Shown in pieces: positions 15,678 to 27,922 of a DNA stretch of 64,000 bases. This DNA comes from Thermoanaerobaculia bacterium (GTDB lineage: Bacteria; Acidobacteriota; Thermoanaerobaculia; Multivoradales; JAGPDF01). Positions within the stretch are counted from its first letter, which is position 1. Each line of letters opens with the position of its first letter. The notes beneath the pieces are model-generated. The model saw only the letters and a list, made by a program, of their open reading frames with translations, ran no database searches and was not told where the DNA came from. The stretch covers positions 1,463 to 65,462 of the forward strand of contig CAVRCL010000013.1 in the NCBI GenBank assembly GCA_963719555.1. Reading direction: 5' to 3'. The position numbers and the translations under genes are program-made.

Positions 15678-17066
15678 ATGTCCCGCACTGTTCGCACCCT
15701 GTGCACCCTTCGAACCGCCGCGCTCGCTGCCTTCCTTCTCGCGATCCTCCTCCCGCCGGCGGTGTCTGCTGCGGGAGCCGCGGTGCCGTTCATCGACGAT
15801 GACTATCCGCGGGCGCTCGCCGAGGCGCACGCCCGCAACCTGCCGATCTTCCTCGAGGCCTGGGCCCCCTGGTGCCACAGCTGCCGGTCAATGCAGGCCT
15901 ACGTCTACACGGACGCGAAGCTCAAGCCGTTCGCCGACCGCTTCGTCTGGCTGGCGATCGACACCGAGAAGCCGGGGAATGCCGCGACGGTCGCGAGGTT
16001 CCCTGTCGGAGCGTGGCCTTCGATGTACGTCATCGATCCAGCAACCGAGACGGTGACCTATCGGTGGACAGGAAGCGCGACGATCGAGCAGCTCGTCCGC
16101 TTCCTCGAAGAGGCGCGGGCGCCGGTGGCCGGCAAGAGCCTGGCGCCTGGTGCCGCGGAGGCTGCTCCCCTGCGGGTCCTGCTGGCAGAAGCCGACCGGC
16201 TCTATGGCGCCGCCACCTGGGACAAGGCGGCGACCGCCTACGCGGCGGTCCTGGCGCGCGCTCCGGCGCGGTGGGCGCCGCTGCCGCGCGTCGCGGACGC
16301 CTATCTCTTCGCCCTGCAGCTGGCCGGTCGCACCGGGGAGTGTGCGAGCGCTGCCCGCGACCTCCTCCCGCGAATCGTCGGCACCCCTTCCACCGCTTCC
16401 GTCTCGGCGGTCGGGCTCGATTGCGCCGTCGCCCTCGCGGCGGACGCTCCGGGGCGGAGCGCAGCGATTGGCGAGATCGAACGCGCCGCGCGCGCCGCGC
16501 TCGATGACGAGAGCCTCGGACTCGCGGCCGACGATCGCTCCGGGCTCTACATCTCGCTCATCGGCGCCCGCGAGGATGCCAAGGACGAGGTCGGCAAGAA
16601 GCGCCTTGCCGGCGAGTGGATCTCACTGCTCGAAAGCGCCGCGGCCAAGGCGCCCACTCCGGACGCCCGCGCCGTTTTCGACTCCCATCGCCTCTCGGCC
16701 TATCTCGAGATCGGCGAGCCGCAGCGCGCCATCCCGATGCTCGAGGCCTCGGAGCGCGATCTACCCGGCGACTACAACCCGCCGGCGCGGCTCGCCGTGG
16801 CCTATCGCGAGATGAAGGACTATGTTCGCGCGCTCGCCGCCTCCGACCGCGCCCTGGCGAAAGCCTACGGCCCGCGCCGCCTCGGGATCCTCCGTACCCG
16901 CGCCAAGATCCAGGCGGAGAGCGGCGATCGCGCCGCCGCGCGCGCCACTCTCGAATCGGCGATCGCCGAGGCCCATGCGCTTCCCGCCGGCCAGGTCTCC
17001 GAGCGCACGTTGAGCGCTCTCCGTCTCGAGCTCTCGCCCTATCTTGCGCCTACGGCCCTCCCGTGA
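15678..17066 (+). CDS. Secreted thioredoxin-fold protein with a TPR-like C-terminal region
   Basis: Signal peptide ...PPAVSAAGA. IFLEAWAPWCHSCRSM contains the CxxC thioredoxin motif. Ala/Leu-rich helical repeats follow. Confidence 0.6.
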   Translation: MSRTVRTLCTLRTAALAAFLLAILLPPAVSAAGAAVPFIDDDYPRALAEAHARNLPIFLEAWAPWCHSCRSMQAYVYTDAKLKPFADRFVWLAIDTEKPGNAATVARFPVGAWPSMYVIDPATETVTYRWTGSATIEQLVRFLEEARAPVAGKSLAPGAAEAAPLRVLLAEADRLYGAATWDKAATAYAAVLARAPARWAPLPRVADAYLFALQLAGRTGECASAARDLLPRIVGTPSTASVSAVGLDCAVALAADAPGRSAAIGEIERAARAALDDESLGLAADDRSGLYISLIGAREDAKDEVGKKRLAGEWISLLESAAAKAPTPDARAVFDSHRLSAYLEIGEPQRAIPMLEASERDLPGDYNPPARLAVAYREMKDYVRALAASDRALAKAYGPRRLGILRTRAKIQAESGDRAAARATLESAIAEAHALPAGQVSERTLSALRLELSPYLAPTALP

Positions 17067-17158
17067 CGGAAGGGCCGTAGGCTCCGTCACCCGAGGGAAT
17101 CTCGCGGGTGACGGGAAGGATGCCGGAGAGATCCCGGCGATGCGCACCACCGGACGGG

Positions 17159-19933
17159 TCAGGGAACGGCCAAGCTCCACGCCGAGGTGTCGTTGCTCTC
17201 GAAGCCGTCGAGGAACGGCATCGAGTCGTCAATGCAGGACTGGACGACCACGTCGTCGATGTCCCAACCCGCACCGGTGACCGAATTGTCGGAGCCCAGA
17301 CGCAGCCGGAACTGGGCCGACTGGCCGGCGTAAGCGCTGATGTCAGCCACCGTCTGGAAGTAGGCACTGTCACCGCACCAGGCGTCGAGGCCGGCGAGCG
17401 GATTGGAGAAGCTCGACGACACCACACCCTTGTAACCACCGACCAGGAGGTCGACGGCGAGCACCTGGGTCCAGGTGCCGCCGCCGTTGGTCGAGACCTC
17501 CAGGATGCCGCCGTCGAAGCAGGCGGTCGCGCCGCTGGGCTCGAGATTCGGCACGTGCCAGAACTTGAGCACCACCGGATTCTGGCCCGTGGGAAGCACC
17601 ACGGCCGGCGACACCAGCCGCTGGTCGGAGACGACCGCCGGATCGCCGGCGTGATACTGCGAAGTGCCGCTGTGCGGGTTGGTCGCGACGATCGCCCAGC
17701 TGTCACCGGTGCCGCTGTGGGTCCAGCCGCTGGCGCCGGCCTCGAAGCCGTACTGGTAAGCGATGCTGGCCAGCGTGCCGGGGCCGCAGTCGCCGGGGGC
17801 GGCCACGGTGGTGAAATTGAACACGGGCGAATTGATGCCGGTGCCGCAGGCGTTCGTCGCCTGCACGCGCCAGAAGTGCTGTGTGCTGGTGTTCAGCGCC
17901 ACGTTCGAGGTCCAGGTCGGAGCCGCCAGGCCCGTGGCCGAGGCGACGATGCTGGCGAATCCGGCGTCGGTCGCCACCTGGATGCTGTAGGTGCTGGCCT
18001 GGGTCACCGCGCCCCAGGTGAAAGTCGGCAGGGCGGGAACGTTCGGCGCGCCGTTGGCCGGCGCAGTCAACGAGGCGGCCGCGGGGTTCGCGGTAGCGAT
18101 CGTCACGACGGCGTCGCCGGTGTGAGTGATCGGACCCGCCGCCGTGCCGGTGATCGTTACCGTCGAAGTGCCCGCGGCGGCCGCACCGGTGTTGCCGAGG
18201 GTCAGGACGCTGGTGCCGCCCGGAGTCACCGGGTTGACCGAGAAGCTGGTCGTGGCGCCGGCCGGAACGCCCGACGCCGAGAGGGTCACCGGCAGGACGA
18301 AGGCGTTGAACGACGGCACGCTGAGGTTGACGACCGCATTCGACGGGGCGCAGACCTCCTGCGCCGCAGGTGACGGGAGGACCAGGAAGTCCGTCGACAG
18401 CGCGATGGTGTCGGTCCAGACGTCGGGGTTGTTACCGCCGCCTTCGGTGCCGCGGTCGTCGGCCCAGACGATCACAGCCGCCGAAGCCGTCTGGATCTGC
18501 GTGTCGTAGTCGCCGTGGTAGCAGCCGGCGAGGTTGGGATCCAGCACGATCGGCGAATCGGCGTCGGTGATCTGGAAGTTGGCGCCCCAGGTCACCCCAC
18601 CGTCGAAGGACGTGCGGCCGAAATAGTGTACCCGCAGGTTGGCGGCGTCCAGCCGACGGTCGTACCAGGCGGCGGAAACGGCGTTGGTCGCTCCGACACT
18701 GAGCGACGGAAAAAACTGGTCATTGGTGCCGACGTCGTCATTGAGCTTCAACTCGGTACTCCAGCTGGCCCCGTTGTTGGTCGACCGCCGGTAGTAGGCG
18801 TTGATGACGTCGCCGGTATTCGCGCCGTCCGGATCGCGGACATAGACGACATGCACGGCGCCGTCGGGGCCGACCGCGAGCTGAGGCGAAGGCAGGTAGC
18901 GGATGTTGCCGTTCAACGCCGGCCGGCCGCAAGAGCCGGTCGGGCCGGCAGCCTGCGGGTTGACCCCACCGGTCAACGGATTCGCCACCGCGGCGAAGCT
19001 GGTGCCGCCGTTGGCGGAGCGGACGACCTCGACATCGATCGGGCCGCTGGGATAGGGGTTCCATCGCACCCAGGTGATGTAGGCGTCGCCATTCGGCGCG
19101 ATCGCCAGCCACGCTCCCTGGACATCGACGCCCGCCCCCGACACCGCGAGAGGCGCCGACCAGGTCGTGCCATTGTCGGAGTGGGTCTGGTAGATCCGAG
19201 CGTCGGTGAAGTCGGTCCATGCCACGTAGATCCGCCCATAGAACGGGCTCGCCGGGTTGTTGTCGATCGCCATCAGCTCTTTGTCGTCGTTGGCACCGGA
19301 GTGGATCATGGCGAGGAACGGGAAATTCAGGCAGTCGTCGGTCGAGCGCCAGACTCCCAGTCCGTTCGAGTGCAGGGCGGCGAAGTAGAAGTTGCCATCG
19401 ATCTTGCGCCACACCATCGCCGGGTCGCCGAAGCTGGAGGCACCGAGCGCGCCGCGGTCGGTCCAGGAGACGCCGGCGTCGGTCGAGCGCGACCAGCCGG
19501 TGTAGCCCTGGCCCTGAGTGACGCCATGGAACGAGTCGTTGTAGCCGGAGCACAGCGTACCGGTGGTCTCGTTGACCGATACCGAGGTCTCACTCTGGGT
19601 GCGCGAGGAGCCGGTGTCGCCGGCGGGGTTGTTGGCGCGCACGTCGGTGCCCAGGGCCTCTCCGCCACGGCCTTCGTTCTCCTCTTGGGCTACCTGGCCC
19701 AGCAGGTCAGTCCGGCCGCACAGCGTGGCGAGCTTGAGCAGCAGGCCGTCCATGCGCTTGACGGCCTTGGGATCGTCGAGGAGCGCGCACGACTGCGGAT
19801 GCTCGGCCGCCCACCTTTCGGCTTCGAGAAGCCGCTTGGCCTGCTCGGGAGTGACTGCCGCACTCGCCGCTGACGCGAGGCCGAGCCCGACGACGGACAC
19901 CAGAACCACACAGGCGATGAACGCTCTTCGCAT
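17159..19933 (-). CDS. Large secreted BNR/sialidase-like repeat protein with Fn3-like and C-terminal lectin-like domains
   Basis: Start MRRAFIACVVLVSVVGLGLASA. BNR (SxDxGxTW) repeats: STDAGVSWT, SDNGTTWS, SANGGTSF, STNNGASWS, SFDGGVTWG. C-terminal ...ILEVSTNGGGTWTQV... and an LDGFESNDTSAWSLAVP tail. Confidence 0.6.
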   Translation of the reverse strand: MRRAFIACVVLVSVVGLGLASAASAAVTPEQAKRLLEAERWAAEHPQSCALLDDPKAVKRMDGLLLKLATLCGRTDLLGQVAQEENEGRGGEALGTDVRANNPAGDTGSSRTQSETSVSVNETTGTLCSGYNDSFHGVTQGQGYTGWSRSTDAGVSWTDRGALGASSFGDPAMVWRKIDGNFYFAALHSNGLGVWRSTDDCLNFPFLAMIHSGANDDKELMAIDNNPASPFYGRIYVAWTDFTDARIYQTHSDNGTTWSAPLAVSGAGVDVQGAWLAIAPNGDAYITWVRWNPYPSGPIDVEVVRSANGGTSFAAVANPLTGGVNPQAAGPTGSCGRPALNGNIRYLPSPQLAVGPDGAVHVVYVRDPDGANTGDVINAYYRRSTNNGASWSTELKLNDDVGTNDQFFPSLSVGATNAVSAAWYDRRLDAANLRVHYFGRTSFDGGVTWGANFQITDADSPIVLDPNLAGCYHGDYDTQIQTASAAVIVWADDRGTEGGGNNPDVWTDTIALSTDFLVLPSPAAQEVCAPSNAVVNLSVPSFNAFVLPVTLSASGVPAGATTSFSVNPVTPGGTSVLTLGNTGAAAAGTSTVTITGTAAGPITHTGDAVVTIATANPAAASLTAPANGAPNVPALPTFTWGAVTQASTYSIQVATDAGFASIVASATGLAAPTWTSNVALNTSTQHFWRVQATNACGTGINSPVFNFTTVAAPGDCGPGTLASIAYQYGFEAGASGWTHSGTGDSWAIVATNPHSGTSQYHAGDPAVVSDQRLVSPAVVLPTGQNPVVLKFWHVPNLEPSGATACFDGGILEVSTNGGGTWTQVLAVDLLVGGYKGVVSSSFSNPLAGLDAWCGDSAYFQTVADISAYAGQSAQFRLRLGSDNSVTGAGWDIDDVVVQSCIDDSMPFLDGFESNDTSAWSLAVP

Positions 19934-20139
19934 CTCAAACTCCTTGTTGGGAAGGATCTCCGCTGGAAAAGGAAAAATCCGGACTCTCCAATAGTGCAAA
20001 GGTTGGACTGCTGAATCCTAAACCCGCCCAATGGGGAAGGCAACCTCTCCCCTCCGGGACTTCCCCACCGGCCAGGGTTCGGTCGCCTCGAACCCGTCGG
20101 GATGCAAAGTCCGCCTGCTTCGGGCGCCTGGACTCCGCC

Positions 20140-22209
20140 TCAGGCCAGCAGGAGGCGGATCGATCGCGGCTGAACCTCGAGCTCCGACGTCTCGGCGGCG
20201 AACCGCGGCCGGACGGCTGGCGGCGGGGAGAGCGCGGCGCCGGCGACGCCGGTGTCGAGCGCCAGCTGCCACGAGGCCCCGCCGGGGGCGCGTGGCAGCG
20301 GAAAACGGGCCGGCGCTTCTCCCGGGTTGAGCGCCAGCACCAGGGTCCGGCAGCCGGTGGCGTCGCGTGTCAGCAGGAGAACCGGCCCCGTCCCGGGACC
20401 CCTGCCGGCAGCATGCAAAGGCGCGATCGTCGACCACTCGGCGAAATCGAGCGGCGAGAGCTCGCGACGCAGGGCGAGCAGCTGCCGCACGAGAAGCTCC
20501 CGGCTCTCGTCCGAACGGCTCCAGTCGATCCACGAAATCTCGTTGTCCTGGCACCAGGCGTTGTTGTTGCCGCCCTGGCTCCGCCCTTGCTCGTCGCCGG
20601 CGAGCAGCATGGGTGTGCCGCGGCTCAGGAGCAGGAGGGTGAGGAAGTTGGCGATCTGGCGACGGCGAGCCGCCTGCACCTGCGGATCGTCCGTCGGGCC
20701 CTCGACGCCATGATTCGAGGACAGATTCGTGATCGATCCATCCCGGTCCGCTTCGCCGTTCTGCAAATTCCGCTTCGCCTCGTAGGCGACCAGATCGGCG
20801 AGCGGAAAGCCGTCGTGGCAGGTGACGAAGTCGACCGGCGCGGACCGCGTGTGCGGCGGCGGGAAGAGATCCGGGCTGCCGCCGAGGCGCAACTCGAGCG
20901 TCCGCGGTGCGACCGCGTCGCCGCGCACGAAGCGCCGCACGTCGTCACGGAAAGCGCCGTTCCACTCCCGCCAGGGCGGTGGAAAGCCGCCGGCAGGCGT
21001 GAAGCCGGTGACGTCCCAGGGCTCCGCCACCAGGAGCCGGCCGGCGAGCGCCGGATCGGCGGCGATTTCGTCCGCGATCGGCGAGAGCGCGAGCTTCTCG
21101 CCGGCGAGACCGCGAAAGAAGACCGCGGCAAGGTCGAAGCGGAAACCGTCGACGCCGATCTCCTCCGCCCAGAAGCGCAGCGAATCGAGCATCAGCCGGC
21201 GCACCACCGGGTGATTCGTGTTGACCGTGTTGCCGCAACCGGTGACGTCGAGCGGCCGTCCGGTCGCCGGATCGCGGAGGTAGTAGACCGACTCGGCGAG
21301 ACCGCGAAAGGAGTGGAGCGGGTCGCTCGCTCCCCCGCCTCCCTCAGCGGTGTGGTTGTAAACGACATCCACGAGAACCTCGATCCCCGCCGCATGCAGG
21401 GCATCGATCAACGCCATGAGCTCTTGCTGCGCAGCCCCGGGGGTGGGATCCGCCGCATACGAAGCCTTCGGGGCGAAGAACGAAACCGGGCTGTAGCCCC
21501 AGAAGTTCAGCAACTGCTCGCCGGTCTGCGGGTTGCGCCGGAAGTTCTCCGTTTCATCGAACTCGAGCAGCGGCATGAGCTCGACGGTCGTGATGCCGAG
21601 CGCCTGCAGGTACGGGATCTTCTCGCTCAGGCCGAGATAGGTCCCGGGATGGGCGACGCCGGAGGACGAATGCCGGGTGAAGCCGCGCAGGTGGAGCTCG
21701 TAGATCACCCGGTCGCGATCGGCGATCTGCGGACGTGCGGGGCGCCCGCGGCCCGGCGCGGAGGATGTCCGCTCCTGAAAGAGGCCGCGGTAGGAGCGGG
21801 ACTTTCGGCCGCTCGCCTCCCAGGATCGGTCTCCCCAGACCTCCCCGCCGGTCAGGGCTCGGACGTAGGGGTCGAGCAGATCCGGTCCGCCGTCGAGCCG
21901 GTAGACGTACTCGAAAGCGTCCGGCAGGCCAGCTATCTCCCCTTGCCAGCAGCCTTTCGCCTCGCCGCCACCACTGCAAGGCTCGAGCGCGAAAAGCCCG
22001 GTAAAGGGAGTGTTGGGTTGCCCGACGTTGACTGCGAGCTCGACCCGCTTCGCGCCCGGCGCGTAGAGCGTGAATCCGTGCCCGGCCGCGGTTCGTTGCG
22101 CGCCGAGCCGGTCGAGTACGCTCCGGTCGCGGTCCCCCGCGGCAGCGGCGGAAGGAGCGGCGGCCGGACCCCCGGGAGCCTCATCGGCGGTGCTCTTCGG
22201 CTTCTTCAG
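20140..22209 (-). CDS. glgX: Glycogen debranching enzyme GlgX (isoamylase); start inferred as CTG at 22207-22209
   Basis: Catalytic core YELHLRGFT...GITTVELMPL...VDVVYNHT...DGFRFDLA...EPWD...VTCHDGF. The conserved N-terminal domain (GHGFTLYAPGAKRVELAV...) is in frame upstream of the first ATG/GTG/TTG (21708). The only plausible initiator is a CTG overlapping the korB stop. Confidence 0.8.
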   Translation of the reverse strand: MKKPKSTADEAPGGPAAAPSAAAAGDRDRSVLDRLGAQRTAAGHGFTLYAPGAKRVELAVNVGQPNTPFTGLFALEPCSGGGEAKGCWQGEIAGLPDAFEYVYRLDGGPDLLDPYVRALTGGEVWGDRSWEASGRKSRSYRGLFQERTSSAPGRGRPARPQIADRDRVIYELHLRGFTRHSSSGVAHPGTYLGLSEKIPYLQALGITTVELMPLLEFDETENFRRNPQTGEQLLNFWGYSPVSFFAPKASYAADPTPGAAQQELMALIDALHAAGIEVLVDVVYNHTAEGGGGASDPLHSFRGLAESVYYLRDPATGRPLDVTGCGNTVNTNHPVVRRLMLDSLRFWAEEIGVDGFRFDLAAVFFRGLAGEKLALSPIADEIAADPALAGRLLVAEPWDVTGFTPAGGFPPPWREWNGAFRDDVRRFVRGDAVAPRTLELRLGGSPDLFPPPHTRSAPVDFVTCHDGFPLADLVAYEAKRNLQNGEADRDGSITNLSSNHGVEGPTDDPQVQAARRRQIANFLTLLLLSRGTPMLLAGDEQGRSQGGNNNAWCQDNEISWIDWSRSDESRELLVRQLLALRRELSPLDFAEWSTIAPLHAAGRGPGTGPVLLLTRDATGCRTLVLALNPGEAPARFPLPRAPGGASWQLALDTGVAGAALSPPPAVRPRFAAETSELEVQPRSIRLLLA

Positions 22210-23237
22210 GAGACCGTGCCGTCCTCGTGGACGGTCCAGATGTCACCGCTCTTGAGGAGCTGGTCGAGCGAACCGGGACCCTTGCGCTCGGTCTCGCGTC
22301 CGATCTGGCCGACGACGCCCGACTCGAAGGAGGGCAGGTCGACGCGGCGCAGGACCCCCAGCGGCGTCGGGAAGTTGGGCGGGCCCATCTGGGCGATCAT
22401 GAAGGCGATCGCCGGGTTCATCCGTGTCTCGTCCCAGACCAGGCAGTCGCCGGGGCCAAAACCCGCGCTGAGGTCGATCACTTCGAGCTCGGTGCCGTTC
22501 AAGCGGATCCCCTTGCTCTTCCCCTTGCCGAAGACCAGCGGCTTTCCCTGCTCGAGATAGACCGCCGACTCGTCGCGCGACTCCTTGTCGGTGATCGGGG
22601 CGAACGCGCCGTCGTTGAAGATGTTGCAGTTCTGGAGGATCTCGACGAACGCGGTGCCCTTGTGCGCGGCGGCGGCCTTGAGCGTCTCCTTGAGGTGCAG
22701 CCTGGAAGACGTCGACCGAGCGCGCGACGAAGGTCGCCCCGGCGCCGATGGCCACCGAGAGCGGGTTGAACGGATGGTCGATCGAGCCGTACGGCGTCGA
22801 CTTGGTGCGCTTCCCGACCTCGGAGGTCGGCGAGTACTGACCCTTCGTCAGGCCGTAGATCCGGTTGTTGAACATCAGGATCTTGACGTCGACGTTGCGC
22901 CGCAAGCGTGTGGATCAGGTGGTTGCCGCCGATCGACAGCGCGTCGCCGTCGCCGGTCGCGATCCAGACCGCGAGGTCGGGACTGGCGATCTTGAACCCC
23001 GTGGCGACCGCCGGCGCCCGGCCGTGGATCGTGTGGAAGCCGTAGGTGTTCATGTAGTACGGGAAGCGCGACGAGCAGCCGATGCCGGAGACGACCACGA
23101 AGTTCTCGCGCGGGATGCCCGAGCTCCGGGAAGACCGTCTGCACCGCCGCCAGGATCGCGTAGTCCCCGCACCCCGGGCACCAGCGGACCTCCTGGTCGG
23201 TCTCGAAGTCCTTCTTGTCGAGTCAGACGGTCGTCAT
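22206..23237 (-). pseudogene. korB: 2-oxoglutarate:ferredoxin oxidoreductase beta subunit (KorB); in-frame TGA plus at least 3 frame breaks as assembled
   Basis: MTTV* (TGA at 23223-23225) then [33 protein letters not shown] | [40 protein letters not shown]...[19 protein letters not shown] | [27 protein letters not shown]... | [29 protein letters not shown]...IWTVHEDGTVS*. Breaks at ~23119, ~22905 and ~22701. Confidence 0.75.
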
Positions 23238-23262
23238 GTCAGCGTGGCGTCATGTTCGAGCG

Positions 23263-25149
<1,887 letters not shown>

Positions 25150-25189
25150 GGGGCGGGAATTCTAGCACCGGCGCCGCGGCCGGAGCGCC

Positions 25190-25600
25190 TCATGCCGCAT
25201 CCGGCTCGCGGCCGACCAGGAGCCCGCCGAGACCCGCCAGAGGCAGGAACATCGTCACCCCCACCACCATGAACCAGAGGGGGTGCGGAATCATCGTCAG
25301 CTGGGCCACGGCAAGCGCCGTCTGGACAGCGCCGACCGCGAGGCCATGCAGGCCCCGGCGGCGCTCCGAAAGGAGAGCGGCCACCAGTCCGCCGACGAAG
25401 GCTCCGCCGGCCCAGGCGACGAGGACGCTCGCCAGCATGCCCATCGGGGCTGCGGCGACGAACTCCTTGAACGCCTCCACATTCTGGGGGTCGAGGCCGG
25501 CGGGAGGCGGATAGAAAAAGTGCCCGGCCATCTCCAGCAGGAGAATCGTCACAACTCCGGCGAGAATGCCGACGATGACGGAGAGAATGCTGCGAATCAT
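25190..25600 (-). CDS. Small integral membrane protein (unknown function)
   Basis: ATG 25598-25600. MIRSILSVIVGILAGVVTILLLEMAGHFFYPPPAGLDPQNVEAFKEFVAAAPMGMLASVLVAWAGGAFVGGLVAALL... shows 3-4 hydrophobic helices. The longer 262-aa ORF upstream extension is Arg/Pro shadow sequence. Confidence 0.5.
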   Translation of the reverse strand: MIRSILSVIVGILAGVVTILLLEMAGHFFYPPPAGLDPQNVEAFKEFVAAAPMGMLASVLVAWAGGAFVGGLVAALLSERRRGLHGLAVGAVQTALAVAQLTMIPHPLWFMVVGVTMFLPLAGLGGLLVGREPDAA

Positions 25601-25758
25601 GCGGTTGCCCTCCTGGAAACGACCCGCGAAGTCTAGATCAGTCGCGCCAATCGCCGGCCGGCGGACCTGGGCGGCGGGCCCGGGCGGCGACGAGGTACCC
25701 GACCAGATGCTCGAACAGGAGCCTGCCGACGAGACTTCGCGTTGGCTATAGTTGGACC

Positions 25759-26442
25759 GTGCGCATCCTGATCGTGGAGGACGAATACCGGCTCGGCGAG
25801 CTCGTCGCCAAGGGGCTGCGCGAAGAAGGGCTGGCGGCCGACCTCGCCGGCACCCGCGCCCGCGCCCGCGAGCTGATGATCGAGAATCCCTACGACCTCG
25901 TTCTGCTCGATCTGATGCTGCCGGACGGCGACGGCCTCTCCCTGCTGCGCGACTGGCGGCGGGAAGGGCACGCGACACCGGTTCTCGCGCTGACCGCGCG
26001 CGACCTCCTGGCCGACAAGATCGCTGGCCTCGATGCCGGCGCCGACGACTATCTGACCAAGCCGTTCGATTTCGAGGAGTTGCTGGCGCGGATTCGCGCC
26101 CTGCTTCGCCGGCGCCCCGCGCCGCCGAAGGACGTCCTGGCGATTGCCGACCTCGAGCTCGACCGCACCGCCCGCCGGGTCCATCGCGGCGGCACCGCGG
26201 TCGACCTCACGCCCAAGGAGTTCGCGCTGCTCGAGCACTTCCTGCTGCATCCGGGCGCCACCCTGACCCGCGCCGAGATCGCCGAGCACGTCTGGGACGA
26301 GCGCTACGAGGCCCGCAGCAACGTCATCGACGTCATGGTGGCTCGCCTGCGGAAGAAGCTCGAGGCCGATGGCGCCCCGCGGCTCCTCCACGCCGTGCCC
26401 GGCATGGGCTACGCGCTGCGCTCGAGCGAGCGCGGCCAGTGA
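25759..26442 (+). CDS. OmpR-family two-component response regulator
   Basis: MRILIVEDE...DLVLLDLMLPDGDG...LTARD...GADDYLTKPF forms the receiver domain. The C-terminal ...LTPKEFALLEHFL...GYAL forms the winged helix. Confidence 0.85.
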   Translation: MRILIVEDEYRLGELVAKGLREEGLAADLAGTRARARELMIENPYDLVLLDLMLPDGDGLSLLRDWRREGHATPVLALTARDLLADKIAGLDAGADDYLTKPFDFEELLARIRALLRRRPAPPKDVLAIADLELDRTARRVHRGGTAVDLTPKEFALLEHFLLHPGATLTRAEIAEHVWDERYEARSNVIDVMVARLRKKLEADGAPRLLHAVPGMGYALRSSERGQ

Positions 26443-27833
26443 CCCGGGCCTCGGGTTCCCTCAAGGCCATCTTCGGCTGGTGGTTCGCGGCGACCCTGCT
26501 GACGCTCTACGGTGTGATCGCCGCGTCGGTCTACGTGCACACCCGTTCGAGCACGCAACGCGACATTCAGCTGGTCGTCAAGACCGAAGCAGAAACCGTC
26601 GCCGCCTACATCGGGTCGAGCGGGCGGTTGGATCCGCCGGAGCTCGCGGAGCCGGAGCGCGAGCCCTTCCCGATCTGGATTCGCCTGATCCAGGACGATC
26701 GCCTTCTCGCCGCGACTCCGGGCGCCCCGGAACTTCCCGTTCTGGCCCATTCGCAGGCGCTCGACAGCGCCAACACCATGCGCATGATCCGCGGCGAGCG
26801 TCCGCTGGTCGTCGTTCAGCACGATGTCGGCGGCGCGCGACCGAACCTCGTCGTCGAGGCGATCGGCAGCGTGGCGCCGGCCCTCGAGGCGCAGCGCCGC
26901 GTCCGCGACGGATTGCTCCTCGGAGGACTCGTCGTCATTCCGGTCGCCGCATTGGGCGGCCGCTTCCTTGCCGCGCGCGCCATGCGCCCGGTCGACAGCC
27001 TGGTGAGGGCGATCCACAAGCTCGACTCCGAAAGGCTCGGCGACCGGCTCGCGCTGCCCGGCACAGTAGTCGAAGAGATCGCGGTCATGACCCGCGCCTT
27101 CAACGAGCTCCTCGCGCGGCTGGAGGCGAGCGTGCAGACCATGCGGCGCTTCACCGCCGACGCCTCGCACGAAATCCGCAATCCGCTCACCATCCTGCGC
27201 ACCGGTTTCGAAGTGGCGTTGCGGCGGCCGCGAACGGTCGAGGAGTATCAGTCTCTCCTGCGCCGGCACCTGCAGGAGATCGATCGTCTGCAGCGGGTCG
27301 TCGAGGGCCTGCTCGCCTTCGCCCGACAGGAGCCGGGGAGGGAGACACCGATCAGCCGCGAGCGACTCGATTTCTCGCGTCTCATCTCCGAATCGGCAGC
27401 CACTTTCGCGGAGATTGCCGCCGAGCGCCAGGTCCACCTCGAGTGCGCCATCGCCCCGGGACTCGAGGTCCTCGCGGACGCGGGTCTGCTTCGCCTGGTG
27501 GCTTTCAACCTGATCGACAATGCGCTCAAACACAGCCCCGAAGGCTCGACGGTCGAGATCTCGGCCGCACCGCAGGCGCGAAGTCTCCGCCTGGTGGTCA
27601 CGGACCTCGGCCGGGGCGTGCCGGCCGAGGATCGATCCCGGATCTTCGACCGCTTTTTCCGCAGCGCGGAGGAACCCGCGCTCAACGGCGCCGGCGGCCT
27701 GGGACTATCGGTCGTGAAGTGGGTCGCCGAGATTCACGGCGGCAGCGTGCGGCTGCTCGACCAGACCCCCGGCGCGGCCTTCGAAGTTCTCCTGCCACTG
27801 GCTCCGTCGGCGGATCGGGCTGCCGCCGGTTGA
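26439..27833 (+). CDS. Sensor histidine kinase (partner of the upstream response regulator)
   Basis: GTG start overlaps the RR stop (GTGA). Two TM segments. HAMP-like region. H-box FTADASHEIRNPLT. ATPase motifs NLIDNALKHSP..., DLGRGVP, GGLGLSVV. Confidence 0.8.
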   Translation: MTRASGSLKAIFGWWFAATLLTLYGVIAASVYVHTRSSTQRDIQLVVKTEAETVAAYIGSSGRLDPPELAEPEREPFPIWIRLIQDDRLLAATPGAPELPVLAHSQALDSANTMRMIRGERPLVVVQHDVGGARPNLVVEAIGSVAPALEAQRRVRDGLLLGGLVVIPVAALGGRFLAARAMRPVDSLVRAIHKLDSERLGDRLALPGTVVEEIAVMTRAFNELLARLEASVQTMRRFTADASHEIRNPLTILRTGFEVALRRPRTVEEYQSLLRRHLQEIDRLQRVVEGLLAFARQEPGRETPISRERLDFSRLISESAATFAEIAAERQVHLECAIAPGLEVLADAGLLRLVAFNLIDNALKHSPEGSTVEISAAPQARSLRLVVTDLGRGVPAEDRSRIFDRFFRSAEEPALNGAGGLGLSVVKWVAEIHGGSVRLLDQTPGAAFEVLLPLAPSADRAAAG

Positions 27834-27922
27834 CCTCGCGCCCGGCGGTCCAGTCCAGGCTGGAGACGGACCCCGACCGGCGGCGTGGCCGAAGATCCCG
27901 CCGATAAGGCCTCCAGCCGCCC

